Part shown: in pieces, positions 19,970 to 30,401 of the stretch
Position numbering within the stretch: the stretch's first letter is position 1
How the letters are laid out: each line of letters begins with the position of its first letter
From: an uncultured Methanoregulaceae archaeon
GTDB lineage: Archaea; Halobacteriota; Methanomicrobia; Methanomicrobiales; Methanospirillaceae
DNA length: 64,000 nt
Direction of reading: 5' to 3'
Assembly (NCBI GenBank): GCA_963841015.1
Contig: CAWJAX010000003.1
Coordinates: 224,001 to 288,000, forward strand
Made by a program: the position numbers and the translations under genes
The notes under the pieces: generated by a model
What the model was told of the DNA's origin: nothing
Seen by the model: the letters and a program-made list of their open reading frames with translations, nothing else
Databases searched by the model: none

Positions 19970-20385
19970 GATAATCCACACCAGAGAAATTCTCGGGAAT
20001 ATCCAAAAAAAGAAAATGATTTTTTTTTAATAATTCACAACAGACTGTGTGTTTTTGCGCCCAACCAGGGAGTCCGATCCATGGAAGCCGCCCATGGGGT
20101 ATTTATATGTTTGGACGAGAACCCACGGATCTAGCTCCATAAAGCTTCGATGTGCCCGTTAGAGGCATTTTGGAATGAGGACGACTTCCCCTTTTCGCTC
20201 ACCATCCTCTAAGAGGGGAGGGAGCGAGGTATGATAGCCTCCCTTATGGAAGGACGGGCTCCAGACCGGAACCCACGAACATCGCCCGGGGGATCCACTT
20301 GTAGCGAAGCGTCACTCCTATCATTTTTGCGATTTTTCACAGAGGACTGCGTTTTTTTAAAAAAAAATTTCCGTTGATGAAACCT

Positions 20386-22774
20386 TCAAAGATTGTGCAC
20401 AGGTGCACAACGATTTCCTGCATAGGACATAACAGGACCGGGCAGATCAATGTCCAGTACCTCTTTTAAGACCTCTTCAATGGTCTCTACGGTTACAAAG
20501 GTAAGTTCATTCCTGACATCTTCGGGAACATCTTCCAGGTCTCTCTTATTCTCTTTTGGCAGTAGTACCTTTTTTATACCTGCCCGGTGTGCAGCAAGGA
20601 CTTTTTCCTTGATCCCCCCGACCGGCAGTACAGCACCGCTGAGGGTAATCTCGCCGGTCATGGCAGTTTTCGGATCGACTGTTTTACCGGTAATTAACGA
20701 GGTCAGGGCAGTGAAGAGTGTCACACCTGCTGACGGACCGTCCTTTGGCGTTGCACCGGAGGGCACATGGATATGAACATCGCTTGCAATAAAGTCAAAA
20801 CTATTGGCTGAGTGTGCAAGCCGTGATCTGATGAGACTCAGGGAAATCTTTGCCGATTCCTTCATCACATCACCGAGTTGGCCGGTCAGGGTAAGCTTTC
20901 CGGTTCCCGGCATAAATGTACATTCAATGAAGAGAATGTCACCTCCGACAGGTGTCCATGCAAGTCCGGTGACGACCCCGGGTACCTGTTCTTTCCTGAT
21001 TTCTTCCTGGCGGATCACCTCTTTTCCCAGAATCTCCCTGAGCATATCTGCCTTGACGATATATGGCAGGTCTCTGTTGCCTGACACTATCTTTTCGGAC
21101 ACGAACCGGGCAATACTGGCAAGCTGTTTTTTCAGCCACCTGACACCCGCTTCCCGGGTATATTTTTCAATGATCACCCTGAGGGCTTCATCTTCAATGA
21201 TGAGTTTGTCTGCATCAAGACCATGTTCTTCCAGCGTCTTTGGCAGGAGGTGGTCTTTTGCAATGGCAAACTTCTCATTTTTTGTGTAGCCTGAGATCTC
21301 GATATGCTCCATCCGGTCAAGAAGCGGGGCAGGGATTGTTGCAAGGGTATTGGCAGTTGCGATGAACAATACATCCGACAGGTCATAGGGGACTTCCAGA
21401 TAGTGATCCGAGAAGGTGTTGTTCTGCTCAGGATCGAGAACTTCAAGCAGGGCGCTTGCCGGATCCCCGGCATACGAGACTGCAAGCTTGTCGATTTCAT
21501 CGAGTATGAAAACGGGATTTTTCGTACCTGCCCGCTTTATGCCCTGGATAATTCTTCCGGGCAGAGCACCGACATAGGTCCTCCGGTGCCCCCGGATTTC
21601 TGCTTCATCCCGGACACCACCAAGGCTGATCCGCACATATTTCCGGTCGAGGGCATCAGCAATGCTCTTCCCGAGGCTTGTTTTACCGGTGCCTGGCGGA
21701 CCTGACAGGAGCAGGATCGAGCCCTGTTTTTCCTGTTTTAATTTCATGACCGCGAGGTGCTGGATGATCCGTTCCTTGACCTTTTCAAGCCCGTTATGAT
21801 TGTTCTCCAGTACACGGCGGGCTTCTGCAATATCGATACTCTTTTTCTCTTCTGTCACCCAGGGAAGGTCGAGCATAAGGTCAAGGTAATTTCTGATCAC
21901 CGAACTTTCATGATTCTGACTGCCTCCGGTTTCAAGTTTCTTGAGCTCAGAGAGTGCTTTTTTTCTTACCTCATCCGGCATCTTTGCTGCTTCAATTCTT
22001 TCCCGGTATCCGGCATCTCCGGAACCAGAACCATCACTTTCATGGAGTTCTTCCTGGATAACTTTGAGTTGTTCCCGCAGCATTGCCTCACGGTTGGACT
22101 TGCTTACCTTATCAGAAACTTTTCTTGCCATTTCAATCCTGAAAGTGATATTTTCTTTTGCCCGTATCAGGATCTCAAGGAAGGTAATATATCGCTGCCG
22201 TACCGAGACAATTTCAAGGAGTGCCTGCTTTTCGGCAAGACTGGATGGCAGGAAAGGCATGACGAATCCCATGATCTGGTCTACAGAGTCCATAAGGTCA
22301 ATTGGTTTGGTGAACTGCTCGGAGCCCTGGAAGCGGTTGCTGATTTCATGGATTGTGCTTTTTATATCCGCAATGATGCGGACCTGAAGATCTTCCTCGA
22401 GATCCTGCAGATCCGGGACTGGCTCGTACACTGCAGAGAACTGCCCGTCTTTTTCAGTGAGCGAGACTGCTTTCACCCTCTGCACAACCTGTGCACAGAT
22501 CAGGTACCCGTCATCTGCCGGCTGGTACATGTGAAATGCGGAACAGGTTCCCGGTTTTATAGAACGATTCGCAGGTCACCTCATTTGACCGCGTACCGCT
22601 TTTCACGGTCAGACCGACTGCATACGCAGATTCGGGATCCTCAATGCCTTCCAGCAGAAGATCTCCGATCGCCCGGTCAACCTGGAATTTTGTCCGGCTG
22701 TTCGGGTAGACGACAATCTCAAAGAGCGGTATGACAATTTTTTCCTGGTTATCATCAGTTTGTTCTGATTGCAT
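20386..22774 (-). CDS. lon: ATP-dependent protease La, bacterial LonA type (split by a +1 indel near 22524)
   Basis: Lon N-domain in 22511-22774; Walker [23 protein letters not shown], catalytic PKDGPSAG and GGIKEK; no TM insert of archaeal LonB. Confidence 0.92.
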
Positions 22775-22789
22775 GATTTCCTCAATAAT

Positions 22790-22812
22790 TTAGTTCGAAT
22801 TTACCTAACTAA
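22790..22812. promoter_or_regulatory. Putative MarR operator upstream of lon
   Basis: TTAGTTCGAA-TTT-ACCTAACTAA imperfect palindrome starting 16 bp upstream of the lon ATG; matches 23266-23288. Confidence 0.7.
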
Positions 22813-22831
22813 AGTTCAGGATAAAAAAAAA

Positions 22832-23251
22832 TTACCTGACTTTCTGCAGGATCCCGATCAGGAGATCCATCTCGTATTCATCCAGCGAATTCAGCATCTG
22901 TTCAATCACCCTGTGCAGGGCATAACGATCGGCTTGTGCAATTTTCTTGCCTTTGTCAGTCAGGCGGATGTACACGATCCTGCCGTCGTCGGGACACTGT
23001 TCACGGTACACGCACTCCATCCGGACAAATTTGTTGATCATCTCGGTGATCGTCGGTTTTGAGTTCCTCGTGATCTCAGCTAATTGGCTAAAAGTGACTT
23101 CCCCTTGTTCATCGATGGTTTTCAGATAGGCGATCTGTCTGACCGTCATATCCGATAGCCCGCATTCGGAGAAGACGGAGCAGGAGCATTCGTTTTTGAC
23201 CCTGATCAGGTTTTCAAAGACTTCGCACAGGTGCTCCTCTCTGTCACTCAT
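22832..23251 (-). CDS. MarR family transcriptional regulator
   Basis: wHTH with SQLAEIT..SKPTITEMINK and DDGRIVYIRLTDKG. Confidence 0.9.
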   Translation of the reverse strand: MSDREEHLCEVFENLIRVKNECSCSVFSECGLSDMTVRQIAYLKTIDEQGEVTFSQLAEITRNSKPTITEMINKFVRMECVYREQCPDDGRIVYIRLTDKGKKIAQADRYALHRVIEQMLNSLDEYEMDLLIGILQKVR

Positions 23252-23265
23252 ACTCCGATCTTTAG

Positions 23266-23288
23266 TTAGTTAGGTTTTACCTAATAAT
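23266..23288. promoter_or_regulatory. Putative MarR autoregulatory operator
   Basis: TTAGTTAGGT-TTT-ACCTAATAAT starting 15 bp upstream of the marR ATG and overlapping a TTTATTAT TATA-like box on the minus strand. Confidence 0.7.
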
Positions 23289-23404
23289 AAAGATGATGAT
23301 CAGGTACTCATTTCGCAGATATCCACAGTAGAGGAATGTTGCAAAAAATATTTTTCACCAAAAATTATATTTAATGGATTTTACTATTACTGGCGTGGTG
23401 AAGT

Positions 23405-23725
23405 ATGGATACGTTTGAAAAAACCATGGAAAGTGTTTCGAAAAAGACTCCAAAAGAACAGGCAGATCTTATTGCAGATTTCAAATCCAAATGCCCCTGC
23501 CCTACCTGTCCTACGTACAATAACTGTGCATCAAAAGCGGGAGAGAAACTCTTCTGTATTAACGGCAAGAGCTTTATGTGCATCAGTGATGACAAGGGTT
23601 GTTCCTGTCCCCAGTGCCCGATTGGAAAAGATGTGGGCCTGAAACACCAGAAGTTCTGCCTACGCGGTTCTGAGATGGCCCAGCGGTACGAAAGTACCCT
23701 CTGGGGGACATCGCTGAACAGGTAA
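23405..23725 (+). CDS. DUF2769-like Cys-rich protein
   Basis: CPCPTCPTYNNC...LFCINGKS...CSCPQCPI...FC. Confidence 0.8.
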   Translation: MDTFEKTMESVSKKTPKEQADLIADFKSKCPCPTCPTYNNCASKAGEKLFCINGKSFMCISDDKGCSCPQCPIGKDVGLKHQKFCLRGSEMAQRYESTLWGTSLNR

Positions 23726-24014
23726 ACTTCCCCTTTTTTGCTATTCATCGGATACCAGTACGTTTACGTGATGGGCCGGCTGCGCCGTGAACAAACCTCC
23801 TGTTCTTTTGCACCACAGAATCTTCGTGCTTTGAAGGGATTTTCACCTTCCACTCAACATTTGGACAGATCACCTGATGGACAAGGGATACCATGATCAC
23901 TTCTTCACGGTTGGCCATTTCAGTTAACGACCTGCAAGACTTTTACGTATAGTCCTTTTCGATCGGAGATTCTTTCCCCGCCAGGATACTTTAAACACCT
24001 GCCCTGCAAACTTT

Positions 24015-24590
24015 ATGTCGGAGAATATGATGGAAAAGATCACACTCGGCACGATGCCGTTCATGAGTGTTATGCCGACCCTGCTTGTCGGTGCAAACGT
24101 GAGGGGAAAACCTAACTATATGACTGCTGCGTGGGCCACGGTGGCCTGCATGGCGCCGCCAATGGTCTGCGTTGCGATCAACAGGATGCGGTACACAGCG
24201 AAAGGTATTGAAGAGAACAAGACCTTCAGCCTGAATGTCCCGTCCGTAAAACAGGTAGTCGAGACCGACCACTGCGGTCTTGTTTCCGGTGCGCATGAAG
24301 ACAAGTCAAAGGTCTTCCGGTCGTTTTACGGAAAACTCAAAACTGCTCCCCTTGCTGAGGAGTGCCCGATAAACATCGAGTGCAGACTCTTCAAATCGGT
24401 TGACTGCGGGAGCCACCTGCTGTATATTGGTGAGGTTGTGGAGATCCATGCCGAAAAAGCGTGTGTGACTGACGGGAAGCCGGATATCACGAAGATCAAC
24501 CCGATCATATATGCCCAGTCCGCTTACTTTGACGTAGGGAAACAAGTGGATTCGGCGTTTTTTGCCGGGAAGAAATATATGAAGAAATAA
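24015..24590 (+). CDS. Flavin reductase / flavoredoxin family protein
   Basis: PNYMTAAW, FSLNVP, DHCGLVSG, ECPINIEC, HLLYIGEV. Confidence 0.88.
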   Translation: MSENMMEKITLGTMPFMSVMPTLLVGANVRGKPNYMTAAWATVACMAPPMVCVAINRMRYTAKGIEENKTFSLNVPSVKQVVETDHCGLVSGAHEDKSKVFRSFYGKLKTAPLAEECPINIECRLFKSVDCGSHLLYIGEVVEIHAEKACVTDGKPDITKINPIIYAQSAYFDVGKQVDSAFFAGKKYMKK

Positions 24591-24660
24591 TAGCGTGACA
24601 TTTCCTTTAATTTTTTAATTATAAAACTACTAAAAAAAGTGTCGCGAGAAGGGGAACTCA

Positions 24661-25083
24661 ATGGATGACCTGACTACAGAAGAAGAGCCCTGTGAGCAGT
24701 GCGGACTCTGCTGCCGGATCTTCGGTCCCGGCATCACACCTACCATAGCGAATGTGTATGTCTGGATGGAACAGGAGCGGACTGATATCCTGCGCTGGTT
24801 TGTTGCGTTCATGGAAAACAGCACAGCGTTACAGTGTACCGATCTCAAACCTGAAGATCTCGGGAATATTGTGTCTGTTGAGATGCGCAATCCCGAAAAC
24901 GGGGAGTTTGTCACGGTCTGCCCGTTCCTGCGCCGTGTAGCAAAAGAGCGGTACCTCTGCGGTATCCACCAGGTAAAACCCGATATGTGCTGCACGTACC
25001 AGCCATGGATCTGGGGCGAGACGTACTTCAACCGGTGCAGAGCTTTGGGAAAAACGGACCGTAACCGCAGATGTCCGCTCTGA
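24661..25083 (+). CDS. YkgJ family cysteine-cluster protein
   Basis: CEQCGLCC, CPFL, CGIHQVKPDMC. Confidence 0.85.
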   Translation: MDDLTTEEEPCEQCGLCCRIFGPGITPTIANVYVWMEQERTDILRWFVAFMENSTALQCTDLKPEDLGNIVSVEMRNPENGEFVTVCPFLRRVAKERYLCGIHQVKPDMCCTYQPWIWGETYFNRCRALGKTDRNRRCPL

Positions 25084-25215
25084 TCCGGAAGCATATTTTC
25101 AATGGGATTAGGTCGCCGGTCTGGATTGTCCCTGATGGTTCCCACTATCATAAAAAACGTTCCCGAAATACACCCCCCCTGCTTTTTCTCCCCTCAAATC
25201 CTAAAAAACCTGATA

Positions 25216-25467
25216 ATGCCCCGTATCGAATATCGGACAACAAATATCAGTGAAATTGACCTCATCCGCCCACTCTGGAGAAAGATCAATGATTATATGC
25301 CCGGTAAGGCAGGGACATTCCGTAGCCATTATGAGCAGATGACGTTTGAAGGAAGAAAAGTTTACTAGAACAAAGTCGAGGCAGCCGGTACCCTGCACCT
25401 TGACCTTGCCTTTAATCTCCGGGTCAGGGGAAAGTAGGTCGGATACCATGTGAGTGCATCAGGGTGA
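25216..25467 (+). pseudogene. Truncated GNAT acetyltransferase relic
   Basis: MPRIEY..IDLIRPLWRKIND..FEGRKVY*NKV..RGK*VGYHVS: N-terminal GNAT half, two in-frame TAGs, cut off by the convergent gene. Confidence 0.6.
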
Positions 25468-25851
25468 TCCCGTATTCTTCACTCTCGCTTCATTCTCTTC
25501 AATTCTCGCTTTGACAATTTTCTTTACCAGTGATGCAGGAAGTGGATTTTTTGCCGAAAAATGGATGGTTGTCCCGGAAGTGTCCCATGGCTTAAGCTCA
25601 CTGCTGAATCTGTCTATAACGGGTTTACTCACCCCAAAAAAACTGCAATGATTCCTGAATGCGGCAAAGTGGACCAGAGGTCCGTGATATTTGTACGTCG
25701 GAATCTGATAACTGATGACTTCTTCAGCTTGTGGCGCGGCGGACCGGATTGTCTTGCGGAGCTTTTCAAGTACTGACCGAACATCTTCGGGAGCCGCAGC
25801 AAGGTACTCATCAACGTTTTTTGCTGGTTTTTGCAGGTGATCTTTTTTCAT
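25459..25851 (-). CDS. DUF1801 (YdhG-like) protein
   Basis: VDEYLAA...LRKTIRSAAPQAEEVISYQIPTY...HFAAF; start placed at MKKDHLQK. Confidence 0.85.
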   Translation of the reverse strand: MKKDHLQKPAKNVDEYLAAAPEDVRSVLEKLRKTIRSAAPQAEEVISYQIPTYKYHGPLVHFAAFRNHCSFFGVSKPVIDRFSSELKPWDTSGTTIHFSAKNPLPASLVKKIVKARIEENEARVKNTGSP

Positions 25852-26020
25852 ACTTCTTTCCTGATCCTTCTGACACTTCTTCCACATCCCGGGACCTGCA
25901 CACATGGCAGATGGTTGTCTTTCCTGTACTCTCGTAGACATGGCCACACTGATTGCACCGGTACTTGTACCAGACAAGTTCATCGATGGTAAAGTTTGAA
26001 CAACCGCAAATATAACACAT
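25811..26020 (-). CDS. Small zinc-ribbon protein
   Basis: CYICGC, CNQCGH, CHVCRS in 69 aa; SD-like GAGGTGA upstream. Confidence 0.6.
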   Translation of the reverse strand: MCYICGCSNFTIDELVWYKYRCNQCGHVYESTGKTTICHVCRSRDVEEVSEGSGKKYEKRSPAKTSKKR

Positions 26021-26340
26021 ATCCCATCACCTCATCTATCACCATATGGCTCTGACCAGAAAAAAGTTCTCTTCATCAGCGCAACAACGATCGATAAAAT
26101 ACTATTACCATCTCGCCTTAATGATGGGGGAATGCCAATGACCGCCGCCTGTTCAGCAACAACCACAAAAGCCCTGTTAATTCCGCCTGTCTGGATAGGG
26201 ACATCCGTACTGGTTTCAGGTACTTGTAACTATAACCAGCATCTGTGGAATAGTGCTGGAAAAAACCTATTCCCGGGAGACAATTGCTCAATTCATGGTC
26301 AGGCAGGGATCAGTCAAAACCGCCTGTCCGTATTCTCCAC

Positions 26341-27378
26341 CTACTGTAAAAGTGGGCCCAGATTTCTTAAAGCATCAAGCATCGGGAGTCCGATTCCTGA
26401 TCGTCGGGCATTCCGGAAAAGTCTCCATCGATCCTGCAGCCTCGGCCCGTTTTTTCCTGCCGGCGAGAGGAAATAATCAAGCGTTTCCCGCTCTTTTTTC
26501 ATCCATGTAAACCGGGCCAGTACCGATTTGGTATAGCGGTTATAATCAGGAAAGGAATCTGCAAAAATCCTGGCACATTCAAGAGAATGGACGATACCTT
26601 CTCCCGTGAAAGGGGCTACTGTCCCGATTGATTCACCAATACCGACAATATCCTGCTGAGTCCCGTTTTTCCGCTTTTTCCCAAAATAAAACGGTGTTGA
26701 ATAGTAAGGGGAGGCTACCCGTACAAACCCCTGGCAGGTGCAGAGCCTGGTGAATGAAAAACTTCCCGACGAGTCCTGATAAAACCGGTCCAGAAAGCTG
26801 TCAAGCTGGTCACCACTAACCCCGCCGACACCAATATGGACCTGATTGTTCCCGAGAGGGAAAATCCACAGGTACCCAAGCCCGGGAATCCTGTTCCCAT
26901 AAACACCTGCCTCAAGGTGTTCATTGTCATGGGATTCCACAATAACCCGGTGCTGCAGGGTCGGCATTACCAGATCTGCCCTGCAGGGGGGCAGGAAAGC
27001 CCGGGTGATCCCTGTTGCATCTACAATGATGTCATAGTCGTCTGCTTCTTCCTGGCTGAGGTTCTGCCTTTTCAGTCTGGTGCCCCGGGTTAAATCTTTT
27101 ATAAGACGGGGTTTGTTGAGAGTGCAGAGAGGAGTCTGTGCTACCAGACCGTTGAAATTCATTGTTGACATTGGTTCGAGAAGGAAATTGTTAAAATCGA
27201 GGCCCACATCCGCGAGATAACGTTCAATGCTTCGTGGAGCACCCCACCCGCATGAGCGACATCCGCACCGGTTCCCATGATCCATACGGTCGTAGAGGTC
27301 TGGTGAGATTCCCCGCTGTTCGAGTAGCTTCGCAAGATATCCCCCGGCAATTCCGGCACCGGCAATCGCTACATCCAT
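26341..27378 (-). CDS. FAD-dependent oxidoreductase, geranylgeranyl-reductase-like
   Basis: IAGAGIAG, CGWG, VDATG, GYLWIFP, GESIG..PFTGEGI. Confidence 0.8.
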   Translation of the reverse strand: MDVAIAGAGIAGGYLAKLLEQRGISPDLYDRMDHGNRCGCRSCGWGAPRSIERYLADVGLDFNNFLLEPMSTMNFNGLVAQTPLCTLNKPRLIKDLTRGTRLKRQNLSQEEADDYDIIVDATGITRAFLPPCRADLVMPTLQHRVIVESHDNEHLEAGVYGNRIPGLGYLWIFPLGNNQVHIGVGGVSGDQLDSFLDRFYQDSSGSFSFTRLCTCQGFVRVASPYYSTPFYFGKKRKNGTQQDIVGIGESIGTVAPFTGEGIVHSLECARIFADSFPDYNRYTKSVLARFTWMKKERETLDYFLSPAGKNGPRLQDRWRLFRNARRSGIGLPMLDALRNLGPLLQ

Positions 27379-27477
27379 ACAACCCCTCCTGACCTCAGTA
27401 CTTCTTCTCCAGGAAATTCAATGAAACAAATGTAAATCATCACCGAAATATTTAGGTGTACCGGATGAACTCTCATT

Positions 27478-28047
27478 ATGAAGAATCGCCTCCTCTCGAT
27501 TTTACTGCTCTTTGCCATCCTTATCTTCACCGCAGGTTGTATGGAACCGTTCGTTCAGGAACCACCTATCCAGGAACCATCCGTTTGGGTGAGTGATATT
27601 ACCGTGTCGGATATTTCCCTAGAGACAATACAGGTCAATACGACCATTATCATCTTCAATCCCAATCCTGTTGACGCAAAACTTACTACGGTGGCTCTGG
27701 ATCTTTATTACCTCGATGATGCCAAAAACTACCTCGGCCACGGGGAAGAATCCACTATTGACGTAATAAAAAATGGCAATACAACGGTAAACCTGCCCGT
27801 AACCATTGGAAATGTCAAGGCTCTCAAAGCACTGGGATCGCTGGTTCAGAAAGGATCCATCACGCTCTACGTAAACGGTTCAGCGGGTATGGATATTAAA
27901 GGAAAATCGTTTGAAAAGCCATTTGAACAGAGTAAAGAGTTCCGGGCACGTGATTTCGAATCCCTCCTTCCCATGACTACCATTCCCGGAACCTCTGTCA
28001 ACATAACGGAAAAGTTACAGCAACTCAGGGGATTAGTGGAATGGTGA
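27478..28047 (+). CDS. LEA type 2 (WHy domain) lipoprotein
   Basis: TAGC lipobox, FNPNP motif. Confidence 0.85.
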   Translation: MKNRLLSILLLFAILIFTAGCMEPFVQEPPIQEPSVWVSDITVSDISLETIQVNTTIIIFNPNPVDAKLTTVALDLYYLDDAKNYLGHGEESTIDVIKNGNTTVNLPVTIGNVKALKALGSLVQKGSITLYVNGSAGMDIKGKSFEKPFEQSKEFRARDFESLLPMTTIPGTSVNITEKLQQLRGLVEW

Positions 28048-28283
28048 GGGGATGACAATCACCACGGGAGGAAGTGTCCTGCATCTGTTGAGTCTGCTCT
28101 CATCACCACTGTTTCTCTGCCGGATTCTCATTAAAAACAGGTCCCTTTATGGTGACACCGATGAAGGGAATCATTCGCCACGGGGGCTAAGGTTCTCCCG
28201 TAGAAAATGTGGACAAGAGGGGGTTTCAGGTGACACATGAGATCAAATTGCCCCTCGGTTTGTTGTTTTCACCCGCTCTTCCC

Positions 28284-28469
28284 TCACTTCTTCTGCTGCA
28301 TCGATGCCACTTCGCCCTCAAGCGTTGTCTTCAGCTTGTCCACCGCTTCGTTGAGATCATTGGTCGTGGTGATGGTGAAGGAGTTATCACTCTTCTTGTC
28401 ATGGTAGTTGACCGTAAACTCGATCTGCCCGTCTTTTCCCTTCTTTGGCTCGATGATAAGCTGTGCCAT
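28284..28469 (-). CDS. Small hypothetical protein
   Basis: 61 aa with strongly biased codon usage; beta-beta-beta-alpha pattern. Confidence 0.65.
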   Translation of the reverse strand: MAQLIIEPKKGKDGQIEFTVNYHDKKSDNSFTITTTNDLNEAVDKLKTTLEGEVASMQQKK

Positions 28470-28542
28470 AGCTCACTCAGAATACCTCATATGTTATCGT
28501 TTTTCTTATCAGTTTTTTCCTGATTGCATCCTCACGGGTATC

Positions 28543-28750
28543 TCAGATACCCGGAGGCTTATCCAGGGTCAGGGAGAAGGAAAAACGAGTCCCGGAAAAT
28601 TCTTTTACGGTAAAACCGGCAGATCCGGCCAGACGGGTGACCGTGCTGCGTGTCTGGAAATGGGGATCCCTTATGGTTTCTTCTACAAGCAGGATATCTC
28701 CGGGCTTTAAGTGCTTCAAAGATCTTCCGTAATGCCGCTTCCCGGTCGGC
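28543..28750 (-). pseudogene. 5'-truncated class I SAM methyltransferase fragment
   Basis: After removing one base near 28705 it reads DREAALRKIFEALKPGDILLVEETIRDPHFQTRSTVTRLAGSAGF..., the LKPGG-type C-terminal half of a methyltransferase. Confidence 0.6.
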
Positions 28751-28981
28751 GCACTTTGTCTTGACGTTCAAGGCGCTAACATTTATTTTTGGGAAATCAA
28801 AATATTTTAAAATATTACTATTTCCGTGTTATTACTGATTTTTAATCAGTCATTATGTGATTTAAAAAAAAACATAGTTGAACGAGAAAATCCCAGACGG
28901 CGTAAACATGTTCACTGTTTTGGCGGAATCAGTTGCCTTTTAATGATAAAAGGCGATTGATGAATTTGAGAAAGTACACCC

Positions 28982-29125
28982 ATGAACAAAATCCTGTTTA
29001 TTGTTGGGCTATGTATCGCATTGGTAGCTGCTGCACTCCTGTTTTTGAATATCATTGAATCCGGAGTCGCCGCGATGATTGGTATCCTGGGTATCGGGCT
29101 GATTGCTACCTCCGGTAGATTGTAA
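28982..29125 (+). CDS. Small 2-TM membrane protein (47 aa, absent from the ORF track)
   Basis: Manual translation MNKILFIVGLCIALVAAALLFLNIIESGVAAMIGILGIGLIATSGRL. Confidence 0.55.
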   Translation: MNKILFIVGLCIALVAAALLFLNIIESGVAAMIGILGIGLIATSGRL

Positions 29126-29298
29126 ATCATTTCACCCTGCACGGTAATCATGACAGCACGGTCGAAGTGAATGCGCTTAAGTCGGCCTTCTCCAAGAACC
29201 GCCCGGAAAGGATTGAAAATGCAGAGTGGATATCAGTAAGCTTCGGAGTAAAGGTATTATTCTCTCTTCGCACTAGTACTTCTTGAGTGAAGAGTACC

Positions 29299-29547
29299 AT
29301 GAAAATACCGGAGACAACAAAAACCGTGGATGATACTCCTGAGAACCTGCAGATTTGCAAAAAGTACTGTGGTGCCTGTCCGACATGCAAAGGGAGCAGT
29401 CTTTCAAAGTCCCCACCGAATGCACTCTTCTGCGCACGGGGAAAATCATCAGTTTCTCCAAAAGTTAAAACGATCAAGTGCTTTTGTCCGGCATGTGAGG
29501 TATTCACGAAAAACAGGCTCATCATCGGTTACTTCTGCGCTAAGTGA
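29299..29547 (+). CDS. DUF2769-like Cys-rich protein
   Basis: VDDTPENLQICKKYCGACPTC...LFCARGKS...CFCPACEV...GYFC. Confidence 0.8.
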   Translation: MKIPETTKTVDDTPENLQICKKYCGACPTCKGSSLSKSPPNALFCARGKSSVSPKVKTIKCFCPACEVFTKNRLIIGYFCAK

Positions 29548-29732
29548 TGAAGTTCAGCATTATTTTCTTCCGGTTACTGGTGCAGGGAATTTCAACCTGG
29601 CACGAGACGATAGATACTCTTTTTATAAAACCAATTCTCCTTTTAAGGATTCTCCTTTGCAAATGAAAAGTTAAAAAAAAAGTGTCTCATCATGATCCTG
29701 CGCAATCGCGCAGGAATGCCGGAGGCTGCGAT

Positions 29733-29957
29733 TTATGTGCTAACCTGTTTTGTCCGGAACTGTGTCCGGACTTTCTCGGAAAAGAATTTCCCAATCTCAC
29801 CGGAATGCATGAGATCAGCGTAGACTTTTGGAGGGACACCCGAATACTGGTAAACAAGTCCTGTATGAAATTCAATTTCAAGGATTTTTGTGCTGTCATC
29901 ATATCCCACTGAGCGCAGAATACGGGACTTGACAGGTTGTCTTTCCAGAAGTATCAC
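29733..29957 (-). CDS. KTSC domain protein
   Basis: RQPVKS..LRSVGYD..ILEIEFHTG.VYQYSGVP...GKFF. Confidence 0.9.
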   Translation of the reverse strand: MILLERQPVKSRILRSVGYDDSTKILEIEFHTGLVYQYSGVPPKVYADLMHSGEIGKFFSEKVRTQFRTKQVST

Positions 29958-30117
29958 TATTCTTTTACACGTGCGCTGAATGGTTAATGGTTTTTATAAA
30001 ATGAACCCAGGAGAACCGGGCATGAACAGTTCGGGTTTTCGCTCGAACCATAAAAATCGAATACCCTGTTTTTATTTTGATATGAAAGGGTAATTTCAAT
30101 TAGTTGTTTTTCATAAA

Positions 30118-30314
30118 AAATGCTGAATTACAAGCATTACCCTTAAGGGGGTTACACCCCCCGCTGTGGTTCCCCCGATGCGATAAACCCTGACAAAGGT
30201 GGTGCGTCATCATCGCTCACAGCAGGAGCGATATGGGGGGACAGGCACTGTCCTATCCTTCATCGTACCAGCATCTTTAATTTCATTTCAAGGGAAAAGG
30301 AATTCTCCGGAGCC
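30118..30314 (+). mobile_element. Diverged copy of MITE family A
   Basis: Colinear with 55633-55831; right end ggaattctccggagcc; left TIR eroded. Confidence 0.85.
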
Positions 30315-30401
30315 ATAAAATGTTTTTTTGGATTTTTTTTTGGGATTATTAATTGGTCGTGACTTTTCCTCAGGCACAGTGCATCGCTGGAACGTGCAGT
30401 T

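Noticed and set aside
21757-22734. Long antisense ORFs (also 56401-57261, 36855-37664, 50209-51039)
   Set aside because: Shadow frames of well-supported genes, with no recognisable motifs
23746-23895. 49-aa minus-strand ORF MVSLVHQVICP...
   Set aside because: No motif or compositional support beyond a weak SD
25366-25440. Two in-frame TAGs as pyrrolysine read-through
   Set aside because: The gene is also truncated and no pyl genes are in the window; simple decay is more likely
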